IMG/VR virus record: IMGVR_UViG_3300044712_001255
Location: 186,001 to 250,000 of that record
Reading direction: 5' to 3' (one strand)
Length of the DNA: 64,000 nt
The stretch's first letter is position 1. Each line of letters starts with the position of its first letter. Below the pieces are notes generated by a model. It was given only the letters and a program-made list of their open reading frames with translations. It had not been told where the DNA came from and did no database searches. Below, piece after piece: positions 36,915 through 46,383 of this stretch. The position numbers were made by a program, and so were the translations under genes.

Positions 36915-37070
36915 ATGTATACTGACGAAACGGCAGATTTCTTTTTCGAGTATTCAGAAGCTGAACACATCGTAGTTGGAATGCCACTTTGGTTTCGTGG
37001 TACGTCGTGGCGTGTCGTTAGGAAACGTTGCAGTCACGATGGTATTTGGTTAACACTGACTGCTTGGTGA
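36915..37070 (+). CDS. 51-aa protein, SH3-like pattern (below ORF-track cutoff)
   Basis: EAEHIVVGMPLWFRGTSWRVV; its TGA lies in the next -35. Confidence 0.55.
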   Translation: MYTDETADFFFEYSEAEHIVVGMPLWFRGTSWRVVRKRCSHDGIWLTLTAW

Positions 37071-37101
37071 AGCTCGTCCTCAACAGGAATATATTGAGAC
37101 C

Positions 37102-37500
37102 ATGGAAAATATTCAAGTCACCATCCTCCCCCACCACGAGAACGGCTTCAAGGCCTCGCACATCTGGCTCGATCGCGATCACCCCGCTCGCGCAAAGCTC
37201 ACCAACGACAACGGTCCGAGCTGGGTGCATTGCCCGCTGCGTGGGTTGAAGAAGGAGCACTGGGACAAGGAAGTGTTCGTCGACGGCAAATGGAAGCCCG
37301 CCACACTCACCCGGTGGACCGTGAAGACTGTTGTCGTCACCCTCACCCTCGAGGTGAATTCTGGTGCCGTGGCAGACGACATCGTGAACTCAGTCGCGGC
37401 TCCCGACAGCGATTTCATCGCTAACATCCACGCTTTCTTCAACGAAGGTTACAGTGAGAACGTTGTCAACATCACTGCCGTCGATTCTGAGATGCTGTGA
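37102..37500 (+). CDS. hypothetical protein (leaderless)
   Basis: TATATT-gagacc-ATG. Confidence 0.7.
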   Translation: MENIQVTILPHHENGFKASHIWLDRDHPARAKLTNDNGPSWVHCPLRGLKKEHWDKEVFVDGKWKPATLTRWTVKTVVVTLTLEVNSGAVADDIVNSVAAPDSDFIANIHAFFNEGYSENVVNITAVDSEML

Positions 37501-37532
37501 CAATCCACTCATAGAAGGGTATACTAAAGACC

Positions 37533-37916
37533 ATGGCAAGTCAACTGATCAAGGTCATCTTTTCAGACTCCACCACGTTCTTCCTCTCACCCAATGCGCC
37601 GGCACGGCGGTTCACCTCCGAGGCCGGGTGGGAGTACGGTACCATTCAGGAACGCATCTTCATCAAGGATGACTTCCAGGTGTGGAACGGCGAGGACTGG
37701 GTTCCTGCCCGCCGTACACCCGCGAAGACTAAGGTGCGGCGCAAGTTTGCGGTTGAGGTGGAGTTCGATGTGGACGGTGATCCCACTGACGAGGACGATG
37801 AGGATGTTCGCCTCAAGATTCAAGGAATTGAGATGTCAATGGTTGACGCCATTTCTGGCTGCGCTGATGACAACAAACTGACAGTGCTCACCATGGACCA
37901 CGGTCCCGCTCTGTGA
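37533..37916 (+). CDS. hypothetical protein (leaderless)
   Basis: TATACT-aaagacc-ATG. Confidence 0.7.
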   Translation: MASQLIKVIFSDSTTFFLSPNAPARRFTSEAGWEYGTIQERIFIKDDFQVWNGEDWVPARRTPAKTKVRRKFAVEVEFDVDGDPTDEDDEDVRLKIQGIEMSMVDAISGCADDNKLTVLTMDHGPAL

Positions 37917-37947
37917 CGATCGTCAGCGGGCGAGATAGAGTGGGACC

Positions 37948-38247
37948 ATGGCAAAGAAGCTCCCTGGCATCCCGCTCTACAAGGCGGCTGACATCGACTG
38001 GCATCTCGACACAAAGCCCGTCCAGGGCGTGGTTGAGATCTCCACACTCACTCGCAACAACGCACCCAGCCAGAATTGGAAGACGCGCATCTACCCGGAC
38101 GCGGCTGACATCGGGTTTCACGTCATCGGGCGTACCCGCACCCTCCTGTTCACGCTCATCGACACTGACCAGACCCATGAGGAGACTCTTGCCTGGCACT
38201 TCCGCAATGACGAGACCGGCATCGTGCTCACTGTGTTGAACGACTGA
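37948..38247 (+). CDS. hypothetical protein (leaderless)
   Basis: TAGAGT-gggacc-ATG. Confidence 0.7.
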   Translation: MAKKLPGIPLYKAADIDWHLDTKPVQGVVEISTLTRNNAPSQNWKTRIYPDAADIGFHVIGRTRTLLFTLIDTDQTHEETLAWHFRNDETGIVLTVLND

Positions 38248-38267
38248 AGAAAGGGTATACTGAGACC

Positions 38268-38768
38268 ATGGAAACCAACTCAATCGAAACCATCGCTTCC
38301 CCTGCCCTCTCCACGCTTGCGAAGGCAAACCCCACTCGCGCGGAGCTGATTGACGTCATCATCGACGAGATCGATGCAAAGCTCCAAGCGGCAAATAACG
38401 CTATCAACGCCCGTCTTGAGGAACTCGAGAAGGTGGAGTTCACCGCCGAGGAATGCGCAAACTCTCTCAAGGACGTGAAATACACGTTGGGATCTTACTC
38501 AGGCGCATTGCGTATGAACCTGGGCCGTGGCATGGATCTTGTCGTGGATACGCAGGATGCAAAGGTGTTTGCCGTAGCTCAGGAAATGAAGGAACTCCGA
38601 AAGCAGCAAAACAACATTCGTCACCACAAGTGTCTTGTCGAGCAGCCTCGCAAGATCAAGGCTTACATCACGAAGCGCCTTCTGGAGCAGTCCAAGGATG
38701 GGTGTACTCTTCTCGAGGCACTCAAGAACATCGCTAACACGTTCACGGCATCAACTCCCATCGAGTGA
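38268..38768 (+). CDS. hypothetical coiled-coil protein (leaderless)
   Basis: TATACT-gagacc-ATG. Confidence 0.7.
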   Translation: METNSIETIASPALSTLAKANPTRAELIDVIIDEIDAKLQAANNAINARLEELEKVEFTAEECANSLKDVKYTLGSYSGALRMNLGRGMDLVVDTQDAKVFAVAQEMKELRKQQNNIRHHKCLVEQPRKIKAYITKRLLEQSKDGCTLLEALKNIANTFTASTPIE

Positions 38769-38799
38769 AGGGCAGCTATGGGGGGGATAGAGTGGAATC

Positions 38800-39051
38800 A
38801 TGGTAAAACTCCACATCAATGAAGACGGTTTCTTCGCGATCCTGTACAAGGACGCGGGGGTAGACGACCCTAACAATTCGCTTGATTGCTCGAGTACACT
38901 AACGGAAACACGTGAAGAAGCGTTGAAGTCGCTTGTCGAAAACCGCTCTAAGGTTGCCCAGTTTCTGGAGAAGCGCATTGCACGTGACCAGGCAGAGCTC
39001 GCTGCTGTCAAGGCAGCGTCAATCGATGTGGTCGTGGACATAGTAAGGTAG
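38800..39051 (+). CDS. hypothetical protein (leaderless)
   Basis: TAGAGT-ggaatc-ATG. Confidence 0.7.
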   Translation: MVKLHINEDGFFAILYKDAGVDDPNNSLDCSSTLTETREEALKSLVENRSKVAQFLEKRIARDQAELAAVKAASIDVVVDIVR

Positions 39052-39060
39052 ATTGCTATC

Positions 39061-39606
39061 ATGAAACCAATCAAGACTCCACACGTTCTCACCCTCACCT
39101 CTCCTTCCGCGGTGTCCCTCTGGAAGGGCGAGTTCCTCGGCCAGCTCAGCGACGGCATGTGGGAGAACACCCGTCCGCTCGATCACTGGCGCTTCTGGCA
39201 CCACTGCGACGTCGTCCTGGGTGCGGTGAACAACCTCGACTTCGCCCTGGACAACTGGGAGCGCCCTCGCAAGGTGGGTTACAACTTCGCTGCACTCATC
39301 CCGATCGTCGGCGACCGGATGCTCAAGTGTGGTCGCTTCGGCAAGGCTCTGCCTGAGCTCTTGCGCCACGAGCTTGGGGGTTGCATCCTCGACGGGATGC
39401 CTGACACCCTCGAGGAGTTCACCACCAATCATGCCAAGCGTGGTGACATGCCGCGATATGCTGCTGCGGTCTACGAGATGGTCACCCTCGAGCAAGCTGC
39501 ACGGTACTACGCTACCGCCTACACGATGAAGGAGATGCGCGAGGACATCGAGCGCATCAAGACTGCGCTCCGGTCCGCCAATCCGAAGTCTTCCTTCAGG
39601 GGCTAA
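39061..39606 (+). CDS. hypothetical protein (leaderless)
   Basis: -10 TAGATT begins with the upstream gene's TAG stop. Confidence 0.7.
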   Translation: MKPIKTPHVLTLTSPSAVSLWKGEFLGQLSDGMWENTRPLDHWRFWHHCDVVLGAVNNLDFALDNWERPRKVGYNFAALIPIVGDRMLKCGRFGKALPELLRHELGGCILDGMPDTLEEFTTNHAKRGDMPRYAAAVYEMVTLEQAARYYATAYTMKEMREDIERIKTALRSANPKSSFRG

Positions 39607-39718
39607 CATCCCACCCACGTTCCCTCACGAGGGTCCCTCACGTTGAGGATGGGGTAACCCCTATCCCGCTTGGGGGATTCTCACGTGGGCCGTGAGAGCC
39701 CGATGCGGCGCGGGCGGG
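39607..39718. repeat. dispersed palindromic intergenic element, copy A
   Basis: CCCTCACG motifs; core GGGGTAACCCCTATCCC is the reverse complement of the copy B core. Confidence 0.7.
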
Positions 39719-39737
39719 AAAGGAATATACAGAGATC

Positions 39738-40022
39738 ATGAACGCAAAGAAGACGAAAGTCAAGTTGTTGAAAGCCAAGTCGCTCTACGCCGTCGTGGGG
39801 TATGCCACTACGGGATCAGGAACACTTACCTATCCCGAGGACTTTGATTTTGTGGGTGTCTTCCAGAGTTCTGGTGCTGCGCAAAAGTGTGCTGACCAGA
39901 AGAACAAGGAAGTCATTGAAGAGAATGAAATCGAGTATGATGATGACGATTGTCTCGAAGAAGCGTTGATGAGCTGTGGCGCGATGTGCTACGACGTCGT
40001 CGCGCTCCCGTTCATGGGGTGA
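39738..40022 (+). CDS. hypothetical protein (leaderless)
   Basis: TATACA-gagatc-ATG. Confidence 0.7.
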   Translation: MNAKKTKVKLLKAKSLYAVVGYATTGSGTLTYPEDFDFVGVFQSSGAAQKCADQKNKEVIEENEIEYDDDDCLEEALMSCGAMCYDVVALPFMG

Positions 40023-40024
40023 CC

Positions 40025-40231
40025 ATGAAAATCGTGGGCGCAGGTAATCTACGAGTAGGGATGAGAATCCGAAACGGGTTTGGCATCACCGCGACTGTCA
40101 CGGAGATCGAAGCTCCAAGTGATGAAAGTGATGGTCGTAGCCACATCGTGGTCGATTCTGGTCGCGATGGAGTGAACTCTGGCACCGGGTGGTGGATGAC
40201 ATACGTCCTTGAGCGGTGGGAACTGCTGTGA
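40025..40231 (+). CDS. hypothetical SH3-like protein
   Basis: AGNLRVGMRI...TATVTEI. Confidence 0.55.
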   Translation: MKIVGAGNLRVGMRIRNGFGITATVTEIEAPSDESDGRSHIVVDSGRDGVNSGTGWWMTYVLERWELL

Positions 40232-40262
40232 AAGTCTTGACCTACTGAGATATACTCGAATC

Positions 40263-40505
40263 ATGGCAAAGACCACTGAAGACATCGCCCAACTCGAGTT
40301 CAACACGCGAGGAATCGACTTCCTGGCACCGTGTTGCGAGATTTGTGGCTGCACGATGAGCAAGTCAGTGCAGAAGTGGTGGGTGGAATGGGAGGGAGCA
40401 CCAGAAGGTGATTGGCCTCGCTTTCACCCAGACTGCCTTGACGCGCAGATCGGCAAAGAGAAGTGCGACGGCGTTCCTTACACTGATGTATTCGCGTTCT
40501 CGTGA
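40263..40505 (+). CDS. small Zn-finger-like protein (leaderless)
   Basis: CEIC...HPDC; TATACT-cgaatc-ATG. Confidence 0.65.
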   Translation: MAKTTEDIAQLEFNTRGIDFLAPCCEICGCTMSKSVQKWWVEWEGAPEGDWPRFHPDCLDAQIGKEKCDGVPYTDVFAFS

Positions 40506-40520
40506 GGGTAGAAAAGAATC

Positions 40521-40748
40521 ATGGCAAACAAAATGATCGTTCCCCCGTACATCGCTCAGATCTGCTACCGCGAGGGTGAGCCCATCCTCTCGACGGTGAC
40601 GTTCCTCGAGAGGTCAGACGGCATGTTCTTTGCCGAGGCAGCTCACGACTTCATGCCTACCGAGCAGACCGTCTGCACACTCGAGCAGGCTCAGACCATC
40701 TACACCCGCCTAATGGCGAACGGCTTCATCCTCCCGGGTGTGGCTTGA
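40521..40748 (+). CDS. hypothetical protein (leaderless)
   Basis: TAGAAA-agaatc-ATG. Confidence 0.65.
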   Translation: MANKMIVPPYIAQICYREGEPILSTVTFLERSDGMFFAEAAHDFMPTEQTVCTLEQAQTIYTRLMANGFILPGVA

Positions 40749-40772
40749 TAGTTGAAGGGGTATACTAAGACC

Positions 40773-41732
40773 ATGTCAAGAGAACGAATCAATCCTGCGC
40801 CCGAGCGCGACAAGGTGCTCGACATCCTCAAGAGCCACAAACTCACTCTTCAGATGAAGGTTCACCCTGATTACGCCCGTGGGTCTCGGAAGCGGAATCT
40901 GCCGGTCGTCACCAAGAAGAAAGATAAGTTGTGGAACAGTGCATTTGATGAGATCGTCAGTGATCTGCGGGCGTATCTGGAGCTGTGTCGCCAGACAAGC
41001 TGCTCCACCCAGAACCGCCACATCATCTGCAACGTCTTCGCTAATGACGTTGGTCGCATCGGTACTGTGGAACTCACCTCCGATGAGAACGCCGTGCTGC
41101 GGTGCTGCGAGGGTTACACGGTGTGTGACACCGGTTCGCTGCTCGCTGCCGAGAAGGCCAAGGCTGCCCGCGATGCACTGATCAACAGCGAACGAGCTGT
41201 CATCGCCAATGCTTCTTGCGCTCTCCTGGAGAAGTTCGCAAGCACTGTGATGTTTGCATTCGAGAACACTGGGATTCGGGCAATGCCGAATGTCGAGGTC
41301 TCCTTCGATGCCAAGCGCTGTGCTGAAGTCATCAGGATGATGCGCGACAACCAGACTCGAGTGCTTCCTCCCGGCCAGGCGCCTACACCGGGGTGGTCGT
41401 ATGACATTCCCAAGCTGCGCATCAACTTCATCGCGCTGGGTATGAACGGTAGGCGGATGGATTCGGTGGAGATCTATGTCGATCCCCGCATCAGCATGTC
41501 CGAGTACGACTACTCGGAGAACCAGGTACCAGTGCGGTTCCACACGGGATTCAACTCGTCAGTTACGTGTGATCGTCCTGAGTACCTCAACGAGATCATG
41601 ATGATCCTGGCGCAGGTGAAGAGCATGATCGACTCCATCAATGAGCTGCACCCAACCATCAACGAGGAACTGCACGAGCTCCGCAGCAAGTGGAACGAGG
41701 TTCCCAAGCTGCACCCTGCTCCCGCTGTGTAA
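40773..41732 (+). CDS. hypothetical protein, 319 aa (leaderless)
   Basis: TATACT-aagacc-ATG. Confidence 0.75.
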   Translation: MSRERINPAPERDKVLDILKSHKLTLQMKVHPDYARGSRKRNLPVVTKKKDKLWNSAFDEIVSDLRAYLELCRQTSCSTQNRHIICNVFANDVGRIGTVELTSDENAVLRCCEGYTVCDTGSLLAAEKAKAARDALINSERAVIANASCALLEKFASTVMFAFENTGIRAMPNVEVSFDAKRCAEVIRMMRDNQTRVLPPGQAPTPGWSYDIPKLRINFIALGMNGRRMDSVEIYVDPRISMSEYDYSENQVPVRFHTGFNSSVTCDRPEYLNEIMMILAQVKSMIDSINELHPTINEELHELRSKWNEVPKLHPAPAV

Positions 41733-41761
41733 CGGAATCATCCTGGAGGTATAACAAGACC

Positions 41762-42127
41762 ATGGCAACTACCAAGGAAATCATCGAGAAGGCGTACAAC
41801 ACCGAGTTCCAGAGCGATGCCGCGCTGGCGGATGCAATCGCATACGAGTATGCCTATAGCAACATGGGCAAGTCGCTGGATGAGGTCTTCTATCGCGCCA
41901 ATCCCAAGTGGCTCGAGAATGAGCCCACTCGCATCTTCGTGACTGCATGGCGCGGCCTGTGTGAGGATTGCGGGTGCGAGGGGATCGACATCGAGGATGA
42001 ACTCCTCTATTGGAAGAAGGTGGCTCCCCTCTATGTGAAGGCGATTCGCAAGGCGGGTCTGCCGCTGACGGTGAAGTCGGCGCAGGACGTCAAGGTCAAG
42101 CTTCCCAAGATGGGCAAGCGCCGGTGA
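41762..42127 (+). CDS. hypothetical protein (leaderless)
   Basis: TATAAC-aagacc-ATG. Confidence 0.7.
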   Translation: MATTKEIIEKAYNTEFQSDAALADAIAYEYAYSNMGKSLDEVFYRANPKWLENEPTRIFVTAWRGLCEDCGCEGIDIEDELLYWKKVAPLYVKAIRKAGLPLTVKSAQDVKVKLPKMGKRR

Positions 42128-42158
42128 AGGCAACGGCGGGACGTGATAGACTGAGACC

Positions 42159-42383
42159 ATGAGCTACCTATCACGTCCCCTCGGCAACGGCCGATTCGAG
42201 GTCACCAAGTGGGGCGACGAGACGCGACCCCTGGAGGTCTACACCTTGCAAGACAAGGGAAAACGTGGGTGGGTCTGTGACTCACCCGGGTGTCGTGGCA
42301 AGCGCACCTGCAAGCACGTTGTCATCGTCCAGAAGCGCCTGGCAATGCCGCTGCATGAGGTACCTGATACTCTGATCACATGA
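42159..42383 (+). CDS. SWIM-type zinc finger protein (leaderless)
   Basis: WVCDSPGC...TCKHV. Confidence 0.65.
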   Translation: MSYLSRPLGNGRFEVTKWGDETRPLEVYTLQDKGKRGWVCDSPGCRGKRTCKHVVIVQKRLAMPLHEVPDTLIT

Positions 42384-42760
42384 GGACGGAAATGAAAGCT
42401 AAGAAGGACATGAACATTGACGCAAAGCACGATATCCTCATGGCGGAGTTCCTTAACCGCTATCAAGAGGTGAAGATGGAATACATGTGCTTGAAGCTTG
42501 ACATTGATCACAAGGCTTTCTTCACGCTTGTGCCGATTCTGACCCAACGGTTTGACATGGTCATCTTCTCGCTCCATGCGGAGAACTGCAAGTACACCGT
42601 TACCGTGACGCCCTCATGCGATGTGCGGCCATTCCACAATACCAATGCGTCGCGGGTAACTCGGTTGGAACACATGTTCGCGAACGGACCAATCTGGCCC
42701 AGCGTTGAGGTGCTAACTGCATTCATCGATGGGTATAATGCCAAGCTCTACGAGTGCTGA
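42380..42760 (+). CDS. hypothetical protein
   Basis: ATGA overlap. Confidence 0.55.
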   Translation: MRTEMKAKKDMNIDAKHDILMAEFLNRYQEVKMEYMCLKLDIDHKAFFTLVPILTQRFDMVIFSLHAENCKYTVTVTPSCDVRPFHNTNASRVTRLEHMFANGPIWPSVEVLTAFIDGYNAKLYEC

Positions 42761-42805
42761 CGTCGATCGTCGTGCGTCGATCGTCCGTTACACGCGAGAG
42801 GTAAC

Positions 42806-43054
42806 ATGAAGAACATTCTCCAATCAGAAGTCGTTGTATACGCGATGCTTGCATTTGGATTCGTGGCGATGATGACCATCGCATTGATTTGCGGGTTTGC
42901 TGCACCTGCAAAGGCAGCCTCATCGCGCGACGGGGAGTGCCGCAACAAGTCGTGCCCAGCGAACCACGTGAAGGTGTGGGTGGAGGGAACGAGCACGATC
43001 ACAGTCTTCAACATGCGTGACTGTGCGTGCCTGTGTATTCCCGAGGCGCAGTAG
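42806..43054 (+). CDS. small secreted Cys-rich protein
   Basis: Signal/TM helix then CxxxxC...CxCxC; SD GAGG. Confidence 0.55.
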   Translation: MKNILQSEVVVYAMLAFGFVAMMTIALICGFAAPAKAASSRDGECRNKSCPANHVKVWVEGTSTITVFNMRDCACLCIPEAQ

Positions 43055-43067
43055 GTATACTGAACCC

Positions 43068-43274
43068 ATGATAACGGAAGACCAAATCAAGCGACTCGCC
43101 TCTCGCAAAGGTGTGAAGGCAATTGCTGTGGAAAACTTTTTAGGCAGTATCGATTGTAATGCCGATGCGTCAACCGCATTCGGTAACGCTGCCATCGACG
43201 CCAAGCTGTACAAGTGGAACGCTGCCACGGTGCGAGCTATCAACGACGGCATCGCGTTGCACTTCAAGAGGTAA
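43068..43274 (+). CDS. hypothetical protein (leaderless)
   Basis: TATACT-gaaccc-ATG. Confidence 0.7.
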   Translation: MITEDQIKRLASRKGVKAIAVENFLGSIDCNADASTAFGNAAIDAKLYKWNAATVRAINDGIALHFKR

Positions 43275-43275
43275 C

Positions 43276-43428
43276 ATGTTCAACTTCGACTTCAACAACT
43301 TCATGTCTTCCTGGTGGGAGAACGACATCAAGCCAGAGCTCAAGTGGCTCGGCTGTGTGATTCCCATCATCATGGCGTGGGCGGTGATCTCTCTCATCCT
43401 CATTGTGTTGCTAATGATCTATTGGTGA
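43276..43428 (+). CDS. small membrane protein
   Basis: C-terminal TM helix. Confidence 0.5.
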   Translation: MFNFDFNNFMSSWWENDIKPELKWLGCVIPIIMAWAVISLILIVLLMIYW

Positions 43429-43442
43429 TATAGGTACCAGAC

Positions 43443-43640
43443 ATGAGAGACCACGACGACGAGGACGAAGACGTTGCGCAGGAAGACAGACACATTCGCT
43501 ATGAGCTGACGATCACTGCAACGAAGTCGCTCTATAACTCGTTTAGCGCAACTGAGTTGCAAGAAACGATCGAAAACTTCCTATCTCGAGAGCTTGACGA
43601 CGACACAGTGACGGCAGAGCTCGAGTACATAGACGACTAG
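43443..43640 (+). CDS. small acidic protein
   Basis: D/E-rich ORF. Confidence 0.55.
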   Translation: MRDHDDEDEDVAQEDRHIRYELTITATKSLYNSFSATELQETIENFLSRELDDDTVTAELEYIDD

Positions 43641-43719
43641 GGTCTTCCTTACAGGATAAGTCGCTGCACTGCTCACCTGCACCGGTGATAATGGTTTGCG
43701 CCTAGGGTATACTGAGACC

Positions 43720-43962
43720 ATGGACAACGCCAAGGCCTACTACGAAAACCGAATCGCTCGGCTCCGCTCCCTCAGGGACTACATCGCAGCCGCGATGGAC
43801 GAGGCTGACGTCTTCATTGACACCGAGGAGACCATGCCGGTGGCTGTCACCGACATTGACGTTGCTGCACACGTCAAGGGTGAACTCGCGAAGCTGCACA
43901 GTGCGGTGATCGGTGACATCGAGGCAACCCGTGTCATGGTGGAGATGAGTGGAGGCAAGTGA
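43720..43962 (+). CDS. hypothetical protein (leaderless)
   Basis: TATACT-gagacc-ATG. Confidence 0.7.
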   Translation: MDNAKAYYENRIARLRSLRDYIAAAMDEADVFIDTEETMPVAVTDIDVAAHVKGELAKLHSAVIGDIEATRVMVEMSGGK

Positions 43963-44174
43963 AGAACATCGATCAGCTGGAGGCTGAGAACAACGGGTGT
44001 AGTGGGCTCCTCAATCGAGTGTCCCACATCTCGTGCTACAAGGATGATGCTGTTCGCGACATCGCTGGCATCTTCGAGGTGGACACTGCGACTGCATTCC
44101 TGCTCGATGCCGCTGCGACCATGCGGGAACAGTGGGACGCCGAGTCGGGCCGAGTTACTCGGCCCATTCTCTGA
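43959..44174 (+). CDS. hypothetical protein
   Basis: GTGA overlap. Confidence 0.55.
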   Translation: MKNIDQLEAENNGCSGLLNRVSHISCYKDDAVRDIAGIFEVDTATAFLLDAAATMREQWDAESGRVTRPIL

Positions 44175-44221
44175 CACCACCGGCAGGTGCTCCCTGCCGG
44201 CGCGGGTTGTATCTTGAGACC

Positions 44222-44761
44222 ATGGACAACGGACTCACCCGTCAGCCCACGATGGAAGCGATCCTCCACGCCCTGGAGACCATTCCCGGCCTCGAGCGTG
44301 GCATCACCCTTATCGCTGCTCGGCAGACTGCGGACGAGCGGCAGGAGTTCACCACCAAGTACGACAACGACAAGGGCTTCGAGGCCTGGGCAGCTCGCAA
44401 GGGCACCCGCATCGCCAACGAGATCAGTGAGGGAATGAAGCTCTCCACCAACGCCGAGTGGCTCGCCTTCACCAAGAAGGTGCTGAAGCGCAATCGCTGG
44501 CAGCTGCTCGAGGAGGCGTGGAAGAAGTGGTGGAAGGCCAACGCTGACCGCATCCACGAAGGCGCTGGGCTCGTTATCAAGTACGGCTTCACCCTCAGCG
44601 ATGGCACCAAGGTTCGCCACGGGGCGATGTTCCTCCTGCTCGAGACCACGGAGCCTCGACCAGGATTCCCCGAGGGTAGCATCCGGTTCCTGTACAAGGA
44701 CATTGTGCATGAAGAGACTCCCTCTTACGTCTTCCGGCGTATGCAGGAAGTGGTGGTTTGA
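44222..44761 (+). CDS. hypothetical protein (leaderless)
   Basis: TATCTT-gagacc-ATG. Confidence 0.7.
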   Translation: MDNGLTRQPTMEAILHALETIPGLERGITLIAARQTADERQEFTTKYDNDKGFEAWAARKGTRIANEISEGMKLSTNAEWLAFTKKVLKRNRWQLLEEAWKKWWKANADRIHEGAGLVIKYGFTLSDGTKVRHGAMFLLLETTEPRPGFPEGSIRFLYKDIVHEETPSYVFRRMQEVVV

Positions 44762-44776
44762 GGGTATAACAAGAAT

Positions 44777-45031
44777 ATGACCAACTCCAAGTCCGAGATC
44801 AAGTACCGCCGCAACAACGCATTCCTCGCCGGTGTGGACTATGCTGGCGACGTCGTCAGTGACGTAGCTCGCGACCGTGTGCTGACGGCAGCCGAGGCCG
44901 CTGACCTCGACAATGAATTCCAGAGTAATGCCCCAGATCTCGCGGGTGATAACATGGACGCTGACATGGTGTACGAGGGAATGCTGTGGGTGCTCCAGGA
45001 GCGCCAGAAGAAGGCAACTCTCAGCCGGTAA
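44777..45031 (+). CDS. hypothetical protein (leaderless)
   Basis: TATAAC-aagaat-ATG. Confidence 0.7.
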   Translation: MTNSKSEIKYRRNNAFLAGVDYAGDVVSDVARDRVLTAAEAADLDNEFQSNAPDLAGDNMDADMVYEGMLWVLQERQKKATLSR

Positions 45032-45095
45032 TCGATCGTCCGTCGACACGCGAGGGCCCTGTGTGGCCATCAGTCACTTGAGATACAGTACGATC

Positions 45096-45323
45096 ATGCC
45101 TAAGCCAAAACATACCAAGAGGGTTTCTGTCCTCGTCACCGTCCAGTTCGAGGTGGATGCGCTCGAAGACCACGATGAAATCGCCAACGCATGTGCGGAA
45201 GACATCAAGGAGGTGTTCAAGGTTGATGACATCTTTGACACTGCATTTGGAACCGCAGCTGCCGCCAAGGGACGAGCTACTTATCTTGGATACACTGTGA
45301 AACCAACTCCTCGCTGGTGGTAA
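45096..45323 (+). CDS. hypothetical protein (leaderless)
   Basis: TACAGT-acgatc-ATG. Confidence 0.65.
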   Translation: MPKPKHTKRVSVLVTVQFEVDALEDHDEIANACAEDIKEVFKVDDIFDTAFGTAAAAKGRATYLGYTVKPTPRWW

Positions 45324-45335
45324 AGTAAAAACACA

Positions 45336-45545
45336 ATGGCAAACTGCAACAATATGCTCCCGATGATCTCCGAGAAGAACCTTTCCGAGGCTCGCAACCA
45401 TGTCGGCGGGGGGTACCGAGCTGCACGCTGGGAAAAGAAGCACTCTCACCGCAAGGACCGCCGGGTGAACAAGACTCTCCTGGAGCGTGACCTCGAGGAC
45501 TACGAGCCCGATGTGGTGCGGGGGAGTGGATGGAACGTCTCCTGA
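45336..45545 (+). CDS. small basic protein
   Basis: RWEKKHSHRKDRR. Confidence 0.55.
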   Translation: MANCNNMLPMISEKNLSEARNHVGGGYRAARWEKKHSHRKDRRVNKTLLERDLEDYEPDVVRGSGWNVS

Positions 45546-45796
45546 TCCTCATCGTCCTGCTGGTGATCGGCTGTGGCGGTGCTGAGCACTACCCGAACAC
45601 CGACACCACTGGACCGATGCCGAGTTCGTCTTCGGTCGGCGTCCCGTGTCTCAAGGGTTCGCAAGCAGAGTGCACGCTCTACCTCCAGACGCACGGAGAC
45701 GTCACCTTTTGCTTCAAGGGATTGGTGACATGCGATGTAAATGGTCACTGGGGTCCCTGTGTTGGACCCGGTACGGTTGTTCCCAATAGTCAGTGA
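45530..45796 (+). CDS. Cys-rich lipoprotein
   Basis: Lipobox LVIGC; CFKGLVTCDVNGHWGPCVG. Confidence 0.65.
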   Translation: MERLLILIVLLVIGCGGAEHYPNTDTTGPMPSSSSVGVPCLKGSQAECTLYLQTHGDVTFCFKGLVTCDVNGHWGPCVGPGTVVPNSQ

Positions 45797-45827
45797 TCTT
45801 TCCACCTGAACGAGATATATTCAGACC

Positions 45828-46028
45828 ATGGACAGCCCAAGTACGAGTGATCCCGTCGCAATCGATGTGGATCAGCAACGTTCGCTCCTTCAGGCCTTGC
45901 ACAACAGGCCGCTCACCCCCGTCCAGTTCGCCGCATGGACACACGTGTATGACGCAGTCCACCGCGGCTATCCTACTGACTCAGCGTCTGTCGCTGCACT
46001 GCGCAAGCTGGTGATGAACGCAGCGTGA
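45828..46028 (+). CDS. hypothetical protein (leaderless)
   Basis: TATATT-cagacc-ATG. Confidence 0.65.
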   Translation: MDSPSTSDPVAIDVDQQRSLLQALHNRPLTPVQFAAWTHVYDAVHRGYPTDSASVAALRKLVMNAA

Positions 46029-46383
46029 CAATCAAATAAATCTGCTGGAAAGACCCGGTGCAGGAGAGACAGTAAGGTGGTATCCTGCAACAGTAAGGAC
46101 GGTAACCAAGAAACAAAGGCGGATATGACATGAGTTGAAAGCGTGCAGTTGGTGGCTGCTCACTGATGTATGGCGAAAGCAATTGGAAAAAATAAAAAGC
46201 TTGTTCGACGTCCACGAAAATGACAGAAAAGACATTCCTTCTAATCGTGCGGCTTGCGGCCGCACACTCAATTCGCTCGCCAAAGAGCACCAAAAACTAA
46301 ACGGGTAACAATCCCATGACAGCCGAGACCATGTACAGCACAATGTCGCTGGAAATCTCGGCTGTCACCTATTTAAGCTTACT

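Noticed and set aside
24736-45060. Cyanobacterial HIP1 (GCGATCGC)
   Set aside because: The motif here is TCGATCGTC and is sparse and intergenic, unlike HIP1.
46160-46185. Hammerhead ribozyme (CTGATG...GAAA)
   Set aside because: The core reads CTGATGT rather than CTGANGA, and there is no stem II.
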